A stretch of 63,759 nucleotides of DNA, the filler included, from Lama guanicoe (Eukaryota): the NCBI GenBank assembly GCA_013239625.1. It is 211 parts of 211 records of this genome, joined end to end, with 100 filler letters (N's around TTAATTAATTAA, not from the genome) between each part and the next. Parts side by side here need not be neighbours in the genome. Positions count along the whole stretch, not along the records: positions 25,382 to 25,584 come from PNXV01031726.1; positions 25,685 to 25,887 come from PNXV01031727.1; positions 25,988 to 26,190 come from PNXV01031728.1; positions 26,291 to 26,493 come from PNXV01031729.1; positions 26,594 to 26,796 come from PNXV01031730.1; positions 26,897 to 27,099 come from PNXV01031731.1; positions 27,200 to 27,402 come from PNXV01031732.1; positions 27,503 to 27,705 come from PNXV01031733.1; 203 more parts are not named here. One strand, written 5' to 3'. Positions 25,282 through 37,400 of the stretch are shown piece by piece. Position 1 is the stretch's first letter. Every line of letters begins with the position of its first letter. The position numbers were made by a program, and so were the translations under genes. The notes below the pieces were generated by a model. That model saw only the letters and a program-made list of their open reading frames with translations, had not been told where the DNA came from and did not search any database.

Positions 25282-26758
25282 NNNNNNNNNNNNNNNNNNN
25301 NNNNNNNNNNNNNNNNNNNNNNNNNTTAATTAATTAANNNNNNNNNNNNNNNNNNNNNNNNNNNNNNNNNNNNNNNNNNNNGCTCCCTCCTCACTGCTTC
25401 CCAAGGAAAGGGCAGGCGAGGAGAGGAAGGATTCCTGTCACCTCGAGGCTGCTGGGAGAACAGCTGGCCCCAAGGATGCGCAGGAGCACCTGGGTGGTGA
25501 GTGAGTGAGTGTGTGAGTGTCTGCATGCATTATATTCTCCACCTATGCATAAAGTGCACTGATCTGACTTAGTGCCTTGATCTCNNNNNNNNNNNNNNNN
25601 NNNNNNNNNNNNNNNNNNNNNNNNNNNNTTAATTAATTAANNNNNNNNNNNNNNNNNNNNNNNNNNNNNNNNNNNNNNNNNNNNCATTCTATAGACTAGG
25701 AATTGAGGCACAGATGGGTTAAATGGCTTTGGATTTGAATCTAAAGCCAGAACAGAATTGTTCACCACCAGCTCCTGCTGCCCTTAAGGCAATTTGGATT
25801 CCAGTCATAATGTTGCAAAGCTCCTACTGTGTGCTTGAGGCTGTGCCAAAAGTTGGCATTTCCACGATTTTGTTGGCAAGAAATGGCNNNNNNNNNNNNN
25901 NNNNNNNNNNNNNNNNNNNNNNNNNNNNNNNTTAATTAATTAANNNNNNNNNNNNNNNNNNNNNNNNNNNNNNNNNNNNNNNNNNNNTTCTCTTTTCTTT
26001 TCCTTCTATTTTTATATAATTTGCATTTATATTTCAAAGTTTGATTTGTGATTTTTACGATAGTGAGCATAATTTTTCCTTACTATAAAATATTCCTGTT
26101 CAAATGGTTAGTCTTATTTTATAGAATTTTTAAGAAAAAAAAAATCTAAACAAACATTATGCAGAGGAAGTAAAATAGTTTCCCTTTAGANNNNNNNNNN
26201 NNNNNNNNNNNNNNNNNNNNNNNNNNNNNNNNNNTTAATTAATTAANNNNNNNNNNNNNNNNNNNNNNNNNNNNNNNNNNNNNNNNNNNNTGACTTTTTC
26301 CTTTGATTATACACAATAAATGTGGGAGCATTTGAGAGGTTCCTGGAGTTGGCTCCCGACTCCCTCTTGCTCTCTTGACTTTTTCCAATCTTGAGTAATT
26401 CCGTCTCGGTGGGACTTCTGCCAGCTAAAACCCACAGTTCCAGATGAGAAGGATGCAGGCTTTATCTCTCCTACCCGAGGGACAGCGAGGAGANNNNNNN
26501 NNNNNNNNNNNNNNNNNNNNNNNNNNNNNNNNNNNNNTTAATTAATTAANNNNNNNNNNNNNNNNNNNNNNNNNNNNNNNNNNNNNNNNNNNNAAAATGC
26601 TTTCCCAAATAGGAAGTTCTGATTTTAACTTCATTAGCAGACATCAGTCAAGGTTGGGGCGCTTCCTCCAACTCCCCCACTCCCCGCGCCCGACCGGCAG
26701 TCAGTGTCTCTCCTGCAGCACAGGCTCCAACCCTCGCCTCTCTCTCCCTCTGCCTCAG

Positions 26759-26796
26759 GGGACGTCAGGAACGACATCTACATCACGCTCTTACAA
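26759..26796 (+). CDS. DOCK2: DOCK2 exon 5' part (start of the DHR-1/C2 domain)
   Basis: Polypyrimidine acceptor ctctctctccctctgcctcag, then phase-1 (G)DVRNDIYITLLQ. ITLLQ matches recalled DOCK2 rather than DOCK1 (VTLVQ) or DOCK5 (VTLIH). Confidence 0.88.
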
Positions 26797-29039
26797 NNNN
26801 NNNNNNNNNNNNNNNNNNNNNNNNNNNNNNNNNNNNNNNNTTAATTAATTAANNNNNNNNNNNNNNNNNNNNNNNNNNNNNNNNNNNNNNNNNNNNAGGC
26901 AAATGACAAGTACATACATTTGATGGTAAAGATATGGTCAACAAATGAACAGGATTATGAGTCTCACCTGTGATCAGTTGACACTACTTTAGGCAAGAGG
27001 GTATTTTTTGTGGAAGTTGGAGAGGTTTCTGATGGATTGGGTTATAAATTCTCCATGGCTAGCTGAAAAATTAGATTGTGAACATGGGAAATTTAAGTGN
27101 NNNNNNNNNNNNNNNNNNNNNNNNNNNNNNNNNNNNNNNNNNNTTAATTAATTAANNNNNNNNNNNNNNNNNNNNNNNNNNNNNNNNNNNNNNNNNNNNG
27201 TAGTGTCTCATACTTCTGTTGAGCTGTCATCTCAAATCCCGTCCCTGTTGTGGTCCTCTGTATCTCAGGAATAGGGTCAGAAGCTCTTCAACGCCAAACG
27301 CCTTTGCAGGATATTAATTGAACACATCCTCAAAGACTTAAAGAGCTAAAGCTGTTTTCCCATTATCACAAATGAAATTAAGCTTCAAGATTCATTAATT
27401 TTNNNNNNNNNNNNNNNNNNNNNNNNNNNNNNNNNNNNNNNNNNNNTTAATTAATTAANNNNNNNNNNNNNNNNNNNNNNNNNNNNNNNNNNNNNNNNNN
27501 NNTTCACTTAGCAAGGTGTCCTCCAAGTCCATTTATGTTGCTGCAAATGGCAGATTTTGTTCTTTTTGGGGGGCTGAGTAGTATGGAAAATCTACACTTC
27601 TTTCTAAAGTTTAGGAAGTACCTAGATTGCATGATAAGGAAATGACTGAGGTAACTGTGACTGATGGAAGACGGTTATTTTGGAAATGATGACTTTTTTC
27701 CAGGANNNNNNNNNNNNNNNNNNNNNNNNNNNNNNNNNNNNNNNNNNNNTTAATTAATTAANNNNNNNNNNNNNNNNNNNNNNNNNNNNNNNNNNNNNNN
27801 NNNNNGACCTGTAGATCATGAGTGCAAAGAAAAGTAACTTCAAAACCAAGGAAAGTACTTGAAAATATTTTTATTATTCTTAGAAAAAAATATGGAGGGG
27901 GCGCATTGGCTGCTTGATGCTCCAACAAACAACAAAGTTTGCATCAATTTGAAGAGCAGCTCCCCAGAAAATGGTCCTGGAAGGCAACCGCATTGATAGT
28001 CAGTGATANNNNNNNNNNNNNNNNNNNNNNNNNNNNNNNNNNNNNNNNNNNNTTAATTAATTAANNNNNNNNNNNNNNNNNNNNNNNNNNNNNNNNNNNN
28101 NNNNNNNNATATTTTAATCTAAATTAATATATACGCAGCTATCCTATTGTATGTGTATGGCCCCTAGAAAAACACTGTAAGTCAGGGAGGTCTTAAAATA
28201 AGAGGTTTTCAATTTCTGTTCCTATTTTGAGGTTACTTTTCAGCGTCCTTATATGAAAGCTCGATGACTCATCAGAATCGTGTTGTGTCTTCCAGGGGTA
28301 TATTTATAAACNNNNNNNNNNNNNNNNNNNNNNNNNNNNNNNNNNNNNNNNNNNNTTAATTAATTAANNNNNNNNNNNNNNNNNNNNNNNNNNNNNNNNN
28401 NNNNNNNNNNNATACCACATAAAATGGTAGAGATTGTTCAGGCACTAAATTTGAGCCCCACTGCACTGCTTATTAGGGAAGAGTCTTCACAGTGGGCGGG
28501 GTGGGTAGTGGAGTGTGTGGACAATGATGTGAAACCCGTAAGATTATTTTGCCCCTTGAATCCTCCAGAGAGCTTGCACAATAAGTGAACACTAAATATT
28601 TACTTAGTCAAAATNNNNNNNNNNNNNNNNNNNNNNNNNNNNNNNNNNNNNNNNNNNNTTAATTAATTAANNNNNNNNNNNNNNNNNNNNNNNNNNNNNN
28701 NNNNNNNNNNNNNNAAACTAATTGATCAGGTAGCACTGTGCACTTGTATGCTCCATGGATGTGTTTGTATGCATATACAGAAGTTCTCCCATAGAGATTT
28801 ATTTACATGTGCAAATATGCATATACATATATATACATATTCATATTCTATTACTGCTGTGATCTAGTGTACAAAAAAAAGTCAAATGCAAGCACAGACT
28901 TGAGCTGACAAATATCTNNNNNNNNNNNNNNNNNNNNNNNNNNNNNNNNNNNNNNNNNNNNTTAATTAATTAANNNNNNNNNNNNNNNNNNNNNNNNNNN
29001 NNNNNNNNNNNNNNNNNTTGTAATGAGCATCTATATCTC

Positions 29040-29130
29040 AGTCCAACTAACCCTCACAACCGTCCTGTGAGGAGGATTAGGAGGAAACCAAGGCACAGCG
29101 AGGTTAAGCAGCGTGGTCACATCACAGCAG
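29040..29130 (-). mobile_element. MIR fragment
   Basis: taaccctcacaaccgtcctgtgagg...gaggaaaccaaggcacagcgaggttaagc...ggtcacatcacagc. Confidence 0.8.
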
Positions 29131-29320
29131 GAACGCGTGGCCGACCCTGGCCTGTGGGCCCAGGCAGCCCAGCTGCGGTGCCCTCGCTCAGAGCCTCTGC
29201 TGTGTCACATGGTGGAGCGGNNNNNNNNNNNNNNNNNNNNNNNNNNNNNNNNNNNNNNNNNNNNTTAATTAATTAANNNNNNNNNNNNNNNNNNNNNNNN
29301 NNNNNNNNNNNNNNNNNNNN

Positions 29321-29400
29321 TGAGGGTGAGAGAGGGATCTGTCCCGGGCCTCTCTCCTGGGCTCCCCAGCGGCCACCTTCCTTCTCTCCACGTCTGCATC
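29321..29400 (-). mobile_element. MLT1 (MaLR) LTR fragment
   Basis: tgagggtgagagagggatctgtcccgggcctctctcctgg. Confidence 0.6.
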
Positions 29401-30539
29401 CCATCCTTCCCCACCATCCTGCCCTTTTCCCACTGCCAGCAACAATGGCACAACATATACACTGGGTGAGATATAAAACCCGCTACAGAAAGAACACTCT
29501 GGCCACAACAGGTTCAGAAATGGNNNNNNNNNNNNNNNNNNNNNNNNNNNNNNNNNNNNNNNNNNNNTTAATTAATTAANNNNNNNNNNNNNNNNNNNNN
29601 NNNNNNNNNNNNNNNNNNNNNNNGTTTTAATTACTATTTTGTAAGTGATATTTCTTTTGTCAACAAGATTAGTGTATACTCAAAGGACTCTGTGTTTATG
29701 ATGAACAGAGAAAATATCATTGGTAGTACGCGGTTCAAGAAACATCTTGGATGGATATATCAACGTCCATCCATATAGCCAAATCCGTGTAATTGTCTAG
29801 GAATAATGGCATGATTTTAGTACAGANNNNNNNNNNNNNNNNNNNNNNNNNNNNNNNNNNNNNNNNNNNNTTAATTAATTAANNNNNNNNNNNNNNNNNN
29901 NNNNNNNNNNNNNNNNNNNNNNNNNNCTAGAAGGCCGGCGGGTGATTCTGTCATTAGTCTCAGGTGGCGCCCAGTTTAGAGAGGCCACTTTTCCTAACTG
30001 CCATCCTTCTTTCCTGTTGAATGTTGGTGACTGGACACCATTCCCGTGGATTTCTGGCTTCTGTACTGTTACTTACCCCGTTCTGCCAAGAGCTCGCTGC
30101 TCTCAGACAAGGTAAACAATGGCTGGTAANNNNNNNNNNNNNNNNNNNNNNNNNNNNNNNNNNNNNNNNNNNNTTAATTAATTAANNNNNNNNNNNNNNN
30201 NNNNNNNNNNNNNNNNNNNNNNNNNNNNNTGGCAGGTGAGGTCACGACCATGACTCAGTTATTAGCGACCCTTCCCTGCAGCCTAGAGACAAGGTTCTGG
30301 CCAGGACCCAGGGAAGGGAGGATGAGGAATTGTTGATGTCTAATTAGAATAAAGATATAACAAGAGAAGTATGGCCCAAAGGATGCAAATTCTACTAGAA
30401 ATGGGACTTGGGGGCTATAGCACATGGACCAANNNNNNNNNNNNNNNNNNNNNNNNNNNNNNNNNNNNNNNNNNNNTTAATTAATTAANNNNNNNNNNNN
30501 NNNNNNNNNNNNNNNNNNNNNNNNNNNNNNNNGCATGTC

Positions 30540-30660
30540 CAGGTAAGGTCAGACCCAGGTCATGGCAGGCCTAGGAGAGGGTAGGTCCAGGAGAGGGTAC
30601 GATCAGGAAAGGTCAGTCCCAGGAGAGGGCAGGCCCAGGGGAGGGCCGGCCCAGGAGAAG
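30540..30660. repeat. 16-bp minisatellite CAGGAGAGGGCAGGCC, ~7.5 copies
   Basis: Exact 16-bp phasing: caggtaaggtcagacc / caggtcatggcaggcc / taggagagggtaggtc / caggagagggtacgat / caggaaaggtcagtcc / caggagagggcaggcc / caggggagggccggcc. Confidence 0.88.
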
Positions 30661-30835
30661 TCCTCTTAAACTTCCAAGAGATGACATTGAGAGGCAATGG
30701 GTATTTGAGTGTGGAATACAGGAGGGAGGTCTGGANNNNNNNNNNNNNNNNNNNNNNNNNNNNNNNNNNNNNNNNNNNNTTAATTAATTAANNNNNNNNN
30801 NNNNNNNNNNNNNNNNNNNNNNNNNNNNNNNNNNN

Positions 30836-31038
30836 TCTCCACACAGACTAATATCAACAATAAATAATTTCAACAAGGGAGCAGGGTATAAGATTAATGT
30901 AAAGTTGTCTCTTGCATTTCTACACGTTAGTCATGAGATACCCTAAAATGGACATTGAAAGTAATGCTATTTAAAATCCTATTCCCCCAAATACCTTGGA
31001 ATAAATGTAACCACATATATGAAAGATCTAAACACTGA
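30836..31038 (+). mobile_element. L1 ORF2 fragment, degenerate
   Basis: taataaataatttcaacaagggagcagggtataagattaatg...ttgcatttctacac...aaataccttggaataaat...tgaaagatctaaacactga. Confidence 0.85.
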
Positions 31039-32350
31039 NNNNNNNNNNNNNNNNNNNNNNNNNNNNNNNNNNNNNNNNNNNNTTAATTAATTAANNNNNN
31101 NNNNNNNNNNNNNNNNNNNNNNNNNNNNNNNNNNNNNNGCAGCAGAGGGGCTTGGATGAGGGAGAGTTTGAGGACCAGCGCCTGTCAGCAGGAGAGCTGA
31201 GCGTCTCGCCTTTTCCAGAATCACAGCACCCTCCCACTCCAAGCCACCTCTATCTGTCAGTCCAGTCCTCACCACCCGGAGGAGAGAACGAAAGTAGAGC
31301 GAAGGGCTTCCCTCGTGGCCATGACCATCAGACCCTAGGCTNNNNNNNNNNNNNNNNNNNNNNNNNNNNNNNNNNNNNNNNNNNNTTAATTAATTAANNN
31401 NNNNNNNNNNNNNNNNNNNNNNNNNNNNNNNNNNNNNNNNNTGGGTCAGACCCCTCTGCTGACCCAGCTCCAGAGCCTTCCGCAGCCTGGCGCCGGGGCT
31501 TCCTCCATCCGGAAGGCCCCAGGGCAGCAACAAGGCTCTAGAAATTCGATCACGGGGCTCCCAGGCACCTGCCTGCTCAGGTCGCTCAAAGCACTGCAGC
31601 CGCAGTGGGGGATGACCGTCCCCACACACGGGCAGTGTCCCGGTNNNNNNNNNNNNNNNNNNNNNNNNNNNNNNNNNNNNNNNNNNNNTTAATTAATTAA
31701 NNNNNNNNNNNNNNNNNNNNNNNNNNNNNNNNNNNNNNNNNNNNGGGGTCCCTGCACACCCGATGCTGGTTTTCCTTGTGGGCAAAATAGGCCGAAAAAG
31801 CAGCCAACACTGCCCTTCCCACCCCCCGGGAGCCGGAGCCCCTGACCTCCAGCAGGAGGCGTCTGCTGTCCCCAGTGGGTACTCACAGCACGTGGACGGC
31901 TGCTTGCTTTTCTTTCTATTTTTATTTTTAATGATGAGCAATACTTCNNNNNNNNNNNNNNNNNNNNNNNNNNNNNNNNNNNNNNNNNNNNTTAATTAAT
32001 TAANNNNNNNNNNNNNNNNNNNNNNNNNNNNNNNNNNNNNNNNNNNNTAAATGACCATTTGACATCTTTTATTCATTCCTCCCCTAATGATAACTAGAGC
32101 TAATTCTGGAAATACTGATTATTTTTCCATATTGAATCAGCTACCACTTTCCTCATGTGCAAAATCTCTAACTCATGTTGGCAAAATTCACAGGGCACCT
32201 CCCATCAAGATACAAACAGACCCCTCAAAACCTCTTCCCAGAATTTAATCNNNNNNNNNNNNNNNNNNNNNNNNNNNNNNNNNNNNNNNNNNNNTTAATT
32301 AATTAANNNNNNNNNNNNNNNNNNNNNNNNNNNNNNNNNNNNNNNNNNNN

Positions 32351-32552
32351 AAACAATCTTGAGAAAGAAGAATGGAACTGGAGGAATCACGCTCCTTGAC
32401 TTCAGACAATACAACAAAGCTATAGTAATCAACACAGTATAGTACTGTCACAAAAATAGACACATAGATCAATGGAACAGGATGGAAAGCCCATGCACTT
32501 ATAGTCAGTTAATCTATGACAAAGGAGGCAAGAATATACAATGGAGAAAAGA
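32351..32552 (+). mobile_element. L1 ORF2 fragment
   Basis: [45 protein letters not shown]. Confidence 0.95.
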
Positions 32553-33258
32553 NNNNNNNNNNNNNNNNNNNNNNNNNNNNNNNNNNNNNNNNNNNNTTAA
32601 TTAATTAANNNNNNNNNNNNNNNNNNNNNNNNNNNNNNNNNNNNNNNNNNNNGAGGAGACCACAGGGCCTGAGCTCATCCCAGAGGGGCTCTCTGGGTAC
32701 CAGCCCTAACCTCTTAGGATCTTTCTCCTCAGGTAAAGCAACCCAAGTTGAAGGGGAACTGGGCAGGCGGGGAGACTGGGGTGGGATCTGAGTGGCAGGG
32801 GAAGACGTCAGCCAGGTACCAACCAGGACTCTGTCGTGTGTTCTTCTGTAGGCACNNNNNNNNNNNNNNNNNNNNNNNNNNNNNNNNNNNNNNNNNNNNT
32901 TAATTAATTAANNNNNNNNNNNNNNNNNNNNNNNNNNNNNNNNNNNNNNNNNNNNTGTTGATAATCTTAATTGTGAGGCTAATATTTATTGATGACTTAC
33001 TTAATTTCAAATACTATGCAGAGCACTTTAAACATTCTAATTTAATCCTCAAACTCTACAAAGGGTTTTTACTGTCTGCATTTTACAGATGACTGGACAG
33101 GAGCTCAGAGTAAGTAGCATGTTTCCTAAACTGTGTGTTTGTTGCTGAATGCAAGTTCNNNNNNNNNNNNNNNNNNNNNNNNNNNNNNNNNNNNNNNNNN
33201 NNTTAATTAATTAANNNNNNNNNNNNNNNNNNNNNNNNNNNNNNNNNNNNNNNNNNNN

Positions 33259-33410
33259 AGAATAAGCTCTCCTATATATTTCAGGCTAAAGGCAGCATTG
33301 TTTTACAGAAGGTGTGGAGCTAGGAAGACCAAGCCTAGAAAACAGGGCACAGGGTTAAAGCCAAAGGAACATGTCTCATGTGGAGTCAGGTTTGTCCTTT
33401 TCTTTATGGG
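33259..33410 (-). mobile_element. ERV1 LTR, 5' portion
   Basis: tatatttcaggctaaaggcagcattgttttacagaaggtg...agggttaaagccaaaggaac...tggagtcaggtttgtcct. Confidence 0.6.
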
Positions 33411-34167
33411 GACTCCAGTTGCATTAATTAGGTGAATGTAAGAGACCCTGACTCAGGCCCTNNNNNNNNNNNNNNNNNNNNNNNNNNNNNNNNNNNNNNN
33501 NNNNNTTAATTAATTAANNNNNNNNNNNNNNNNNNNNNNNNNNNNNNNNNNNNNNNNNNNNGGCCCAAGGAAGCAAAGGAAGCATCGGCTGGTCCTCTGG
33601 GGCTACAGAACAGACTTCGTTGAGAAGAAGAACCAGATTTCGAAGGCCTACGCCTCTGGGATCCCGTTTGGCTACCAGTCCTTTCAGCTGTGAGCTGGCT
33701 TCCCACTCCTCACACAGAGAGGTCCCATTCTCTTACCGTCAGGGCTCTGTCCAGCCGCCTAGCCNNNNNNNNNNNNNNNNNNNNNNNNNNNNNNNNNNNN
33801 NNNNNNNNTTAATTAATTAANNNNNNNNNNNNNNNNNNNNNNNNNNNNNNNNNNNNNNNNNNNNTCAAATTCCAACAATTTTTCACATTCTGATCAAAGG
33901 GTACAACTAAATATATAATTAATAATGGGATAAAAAAAAAAGCACTTAAACCGTACAGTATGTGTAGGATACCCAGAGTATAATAAATACTATCCCCATG
34001 GAAGTATTATAAAAAAAAATGTACATAGCCAAGATATAGAAACAACCTAAATGTCCATTGACAGGTGNNNNNNNNNNNNNNNNNNNNNNNNNNNNNNNNN
34101 NNNNNNNNNNNTTAATTAATTAANNNNNNNNNNNNNNNNNNNNNNNNNNNNNNNNNNNNNNNNNNNN

Positions 34168-34370
34168 ACAGGCCAATAAATCGGGAGATGAGATATTGGA
34201 GTAAGGAATAGTGACTGTATTTGAAAAGCTGGCAGACCCACAAGATGGCATACTGATATCCTGAAAACTCTCTTCTCCAAGTCAGAATTCAGTCTCCTTT
34301 TATACTAAAAAGTGGTGGGGCTGTGGTTGGTTGTTGCAAACTTCTTGCTGTATGAATTGTCTGTCTTTGG
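34168..34370 (-). mobile_element. ERV1 LTR fragment, artiodactyl type
   Basis: acaggccaataaatcgggagatgag...aaggaatagtgact...gcagacccacaagatgg...gtcagaattcagtctccttttatact. Confidence 0.7.
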
Positions 34371-34773
34371 NNNNNNNNNNNNNNNNNNNNNNNNNNNNNN
34401 NNNNNNNNNNNNNNTTAATTAATTAANNNNNNNNNNNNNNNNNNNNNNNNNNNNNNNNNNNNNNNNNNNNCTGTTTTGCATTGTGGGCTGGTGGAGATGG
34501 ACCACAGCGTTGAGGTTCTTGGTAGAAGAAAAGTTCCCAGCTGGGCAGGTGGGGGCTGGGAGTGCATCGTCCTTGGTGTGGGTGGAGGCGATTTCTGAAG
34601 GCTGCCAATGACCAGGGGTCTACTCAAAGCTCTCCTGGTATTTGGGATCACTTTCTGCCACCCTCTTTTTTTTNNNNNNNNNNNNNNNNNNNNNNNNNNN
34701 NNNNNNNNNNNNNNNNNTTAATTAATTAANNNNNNNNNNNNNNNNNNNNNNNNNNNNNNNNNNNNNNNNNNNN

Positions 34774-34976
34774 CCAATAATTTTACCATTAGGTATTTAC
34801 TTAAGAGAAATGAATGCAAATGCACCATGAAGACTTGAGTTAGTGTGTCTAGCAGCTTTATGCATAATAGCCCAAAATTAGGCATTTGGGTTGTTTCTAT
34901 CAACTGTGAGCTAAAAATACATCACGTAGGTCCATACAGTGCAATACTACTTACCAGCAGAAATTGATATTGCAAT
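34774..34976 (+). mobile_element. Old L1 ORF2 end / 3' UTR fragment
   Basis: taggtatttacttaagagaaatgaa...agcagctttatgcataatagcccaaaa...tccatacagtgcaatactact. Confidence 0.85.
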
Positions 34977-36591
34977 NNNNNNNNNNNNNNNNNNNNNNNN
35001 NNNNNNNNNNNNNNNNNNNNTTAATTAATTAANNNNNNNNNNNNNNNNNNNNNNNNNNNNNNNNNNNNNNNNNNNNAGCCTCAAAGAATACTGTACTATT
35101 CACTGCAGATTTACCTTAAGCTCTTAGCTCTTCCTTTGTCCTAGGAAAATAAGGGGCTTGGGTGTAGATGCCTATTTTTTTAAATGCCAGTTTTTTCCCT
35201 CCTTTTTAAAAATGCCAGTTTTATGTGTAGTGATAGAATGACTGTTGCTATCTGAAGAAAATGGGGGCCAAAAGGATTCNNNNNNNNNNNNNNNNNNNNN
35301 NNNNNNNNNNNNNNNNNNNNNNNTTAATTAATTAANNNNNNNNNNNNNNNNNNNNNNNNNNNNNNNNNNNNNNNNNNNNGATTCCTTTGAATATCCCCCT
35401 TCCCCCATACCTCTGTCTCTCTCTCTCTCTCTATATATATATGTATCCCAAATTGACTTCAATGTTGAACTAGTGCCAGTTAATGAAAATTAACTGGTCT
35501 TCTCCTAATCATGAAAACATGATCAAAGGGAGAAAAAAAAAAGGCAGCATACACATTGGGGCCGCTTTATGAGTACAGCTTGNNNNNNNNNNNNNNNNNN
35601 NNNNNNNNNNNNNNNNNNNNNNNNNNTTAATTAATTAANNNNNNNNNNNNNNNNNNNNNNNNNNNNNNNNNNNNNNNNNNNNAACTCAGCATGGCGATCT
35701 CATTGCCCTCTGTTCAAGATTGATTTGGGGTAGGGGGGCAAATGAGCAAGTTTGGGTCAAATATATATCAAGAAGTTCTCTGCTGATGATACTTTTGGAA
35801 ATCACTTTGCTCTATGATAGATAGGTTTCCTTCCTAGAGCTTGGTAGTGTGAAGACATGATGCTTGGGATGAGGGAGCCATCTTANNNNNNNNNNNNNNN
35901 NNNNNNNNNNNNNNNNNNNNNNNNNNNNNTTAATTAATTAANNNNNNNNNNNNNNNNNNNNNNNNNNNNNNNNNNNNNNNNNNNNCTCTTTCTCCACTTT
36001 CTTAATATAAAAGGAAGAAACAAACTGCTGTCTGAAGTTTCTCCCAGTTAAAATTCTATGAGGTTTGGATAAAGGGAATAGACTGTGGGGGTCTGAAAAC
36101 CAGCAGGAGGACAAGGGAAGTTTCCCTGCCACTTTCTAAGAAGGACTCATATATTCTCCCTTCCAACAGCTTTGAGTGAGGCTGGCCCNNNNNNNNNNNN
36201 NNNNNNNNNNNNNNNNNNNNNNNNNNNNNNNNTTAATTAATTAANNNNNNNNNNNNNNNNNNNNNNNNNNNNNNNNNNNNNNNNNNNNTCCCGCCCTGCT
36301 TCATTCACCTTTGCTGGAGATTCCTCAGACTTCAGAAAGGACCAAATCTGGAGCAGCAGAGAATGCATTCACACTCACTGAAGGTAAGGATTCGTACAGA
36401 GCAGACCAAGTCAGATGACCTGGGGATACACCGAGACACACCTCATGGAAGTTCTTGGCTTAAATTCTTATTTATGACCTTACTAATACTGNNNNNNNNN
36501 NNNNNNNNNNNNNNNNNNNNNNNNNNNNNNNNNNNTTAATTAATTAANNNNNNNNNNNNNNNNNNNNNNNNNNNNNNNNNNNNNNNNNNNN

Positions 36592-36794
36592 GGAAAGGGG
36601 GTGGGAAGGGATAAATTGGGAGCTCGAGATTTGCAGATATGAACTACTATATATAAAATAGATGAACAACAAGGTCCTGCTTTAGAGCACAGAGAACTAT
36701 ATTCAATATCTTACAGTAACCTAAAATGAAAAAGAATAAAAAAGAATATGAAAATGAGTATATTATATTATACCATACATCAGAAATTGACACA
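36592..36794 (+). mobile_element. L1 3' UTR, camelid type
   Basis: gggtgggaagggataaattgggagctcgagatttgcagat...gaactatattcaatatctt...cagaaattgacaca. Confidence 0.92.
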
Positions 36795-37299
36795 NNNNNN
36801 NNNNNNNNNNNNNNNNNNNNNNNNNNNNNNNNNNNNNNTTAATTAATTAANNNNNNNNNNNNNNNNNNNNNNNNNNNNNNNNNNNNNNNNNNNNTCCAAT
36901 AGATTATTTGTGTGCAAAATTTAGAAGAACATATTAAGTTATTCAGGAGCATGAGTACTTGGCGGGGGGTGGGCAGTGTGGCTTCTGTTTTGTTATGCTG
37001 TTTAGTTTTAATGCCAAATTGTTTTATGAAAATCCCATTGTTGTGAATTCACTCATGCAGAATCTATTTGGTTGTAGGCCATGTTGGTTTACATTAANNN
37101 NNNNNNNNNNNNNNNNNNNNNNNNNNNNNNNNNNNNNNNNNTTAATTAATTAANNNNNNNNNNNNNNNNNNNNNNNNNNNNNNNNNNNNNNNNNNNNTAA
37201 GAGAAAGAGGCCTGAGAGTATCTACTCTCTCCTTTCACCAAAACAGCCCTCAGAACTCATCAGTTCCGAGGCCTTTGTGTAAAATACCCTCGAGCACAA

Positions 37300-37400
37300 T
37301 AGCTGAGAGAGTGAACTCTGGAGCCAGAAGGCAAGAATCTACCACTTGTCAGCCCTGCTTTGCTGGGCCTCAGTTTTCTCATCTGTAGAATGGAGCTGAC
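37300..37400 (+). mobile_element. MIR fragment
   Basis: gaactctggagccaga...tctaccactt...tgggcctcagttttctcatctgtagaatgg. Confidence 0.8.
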
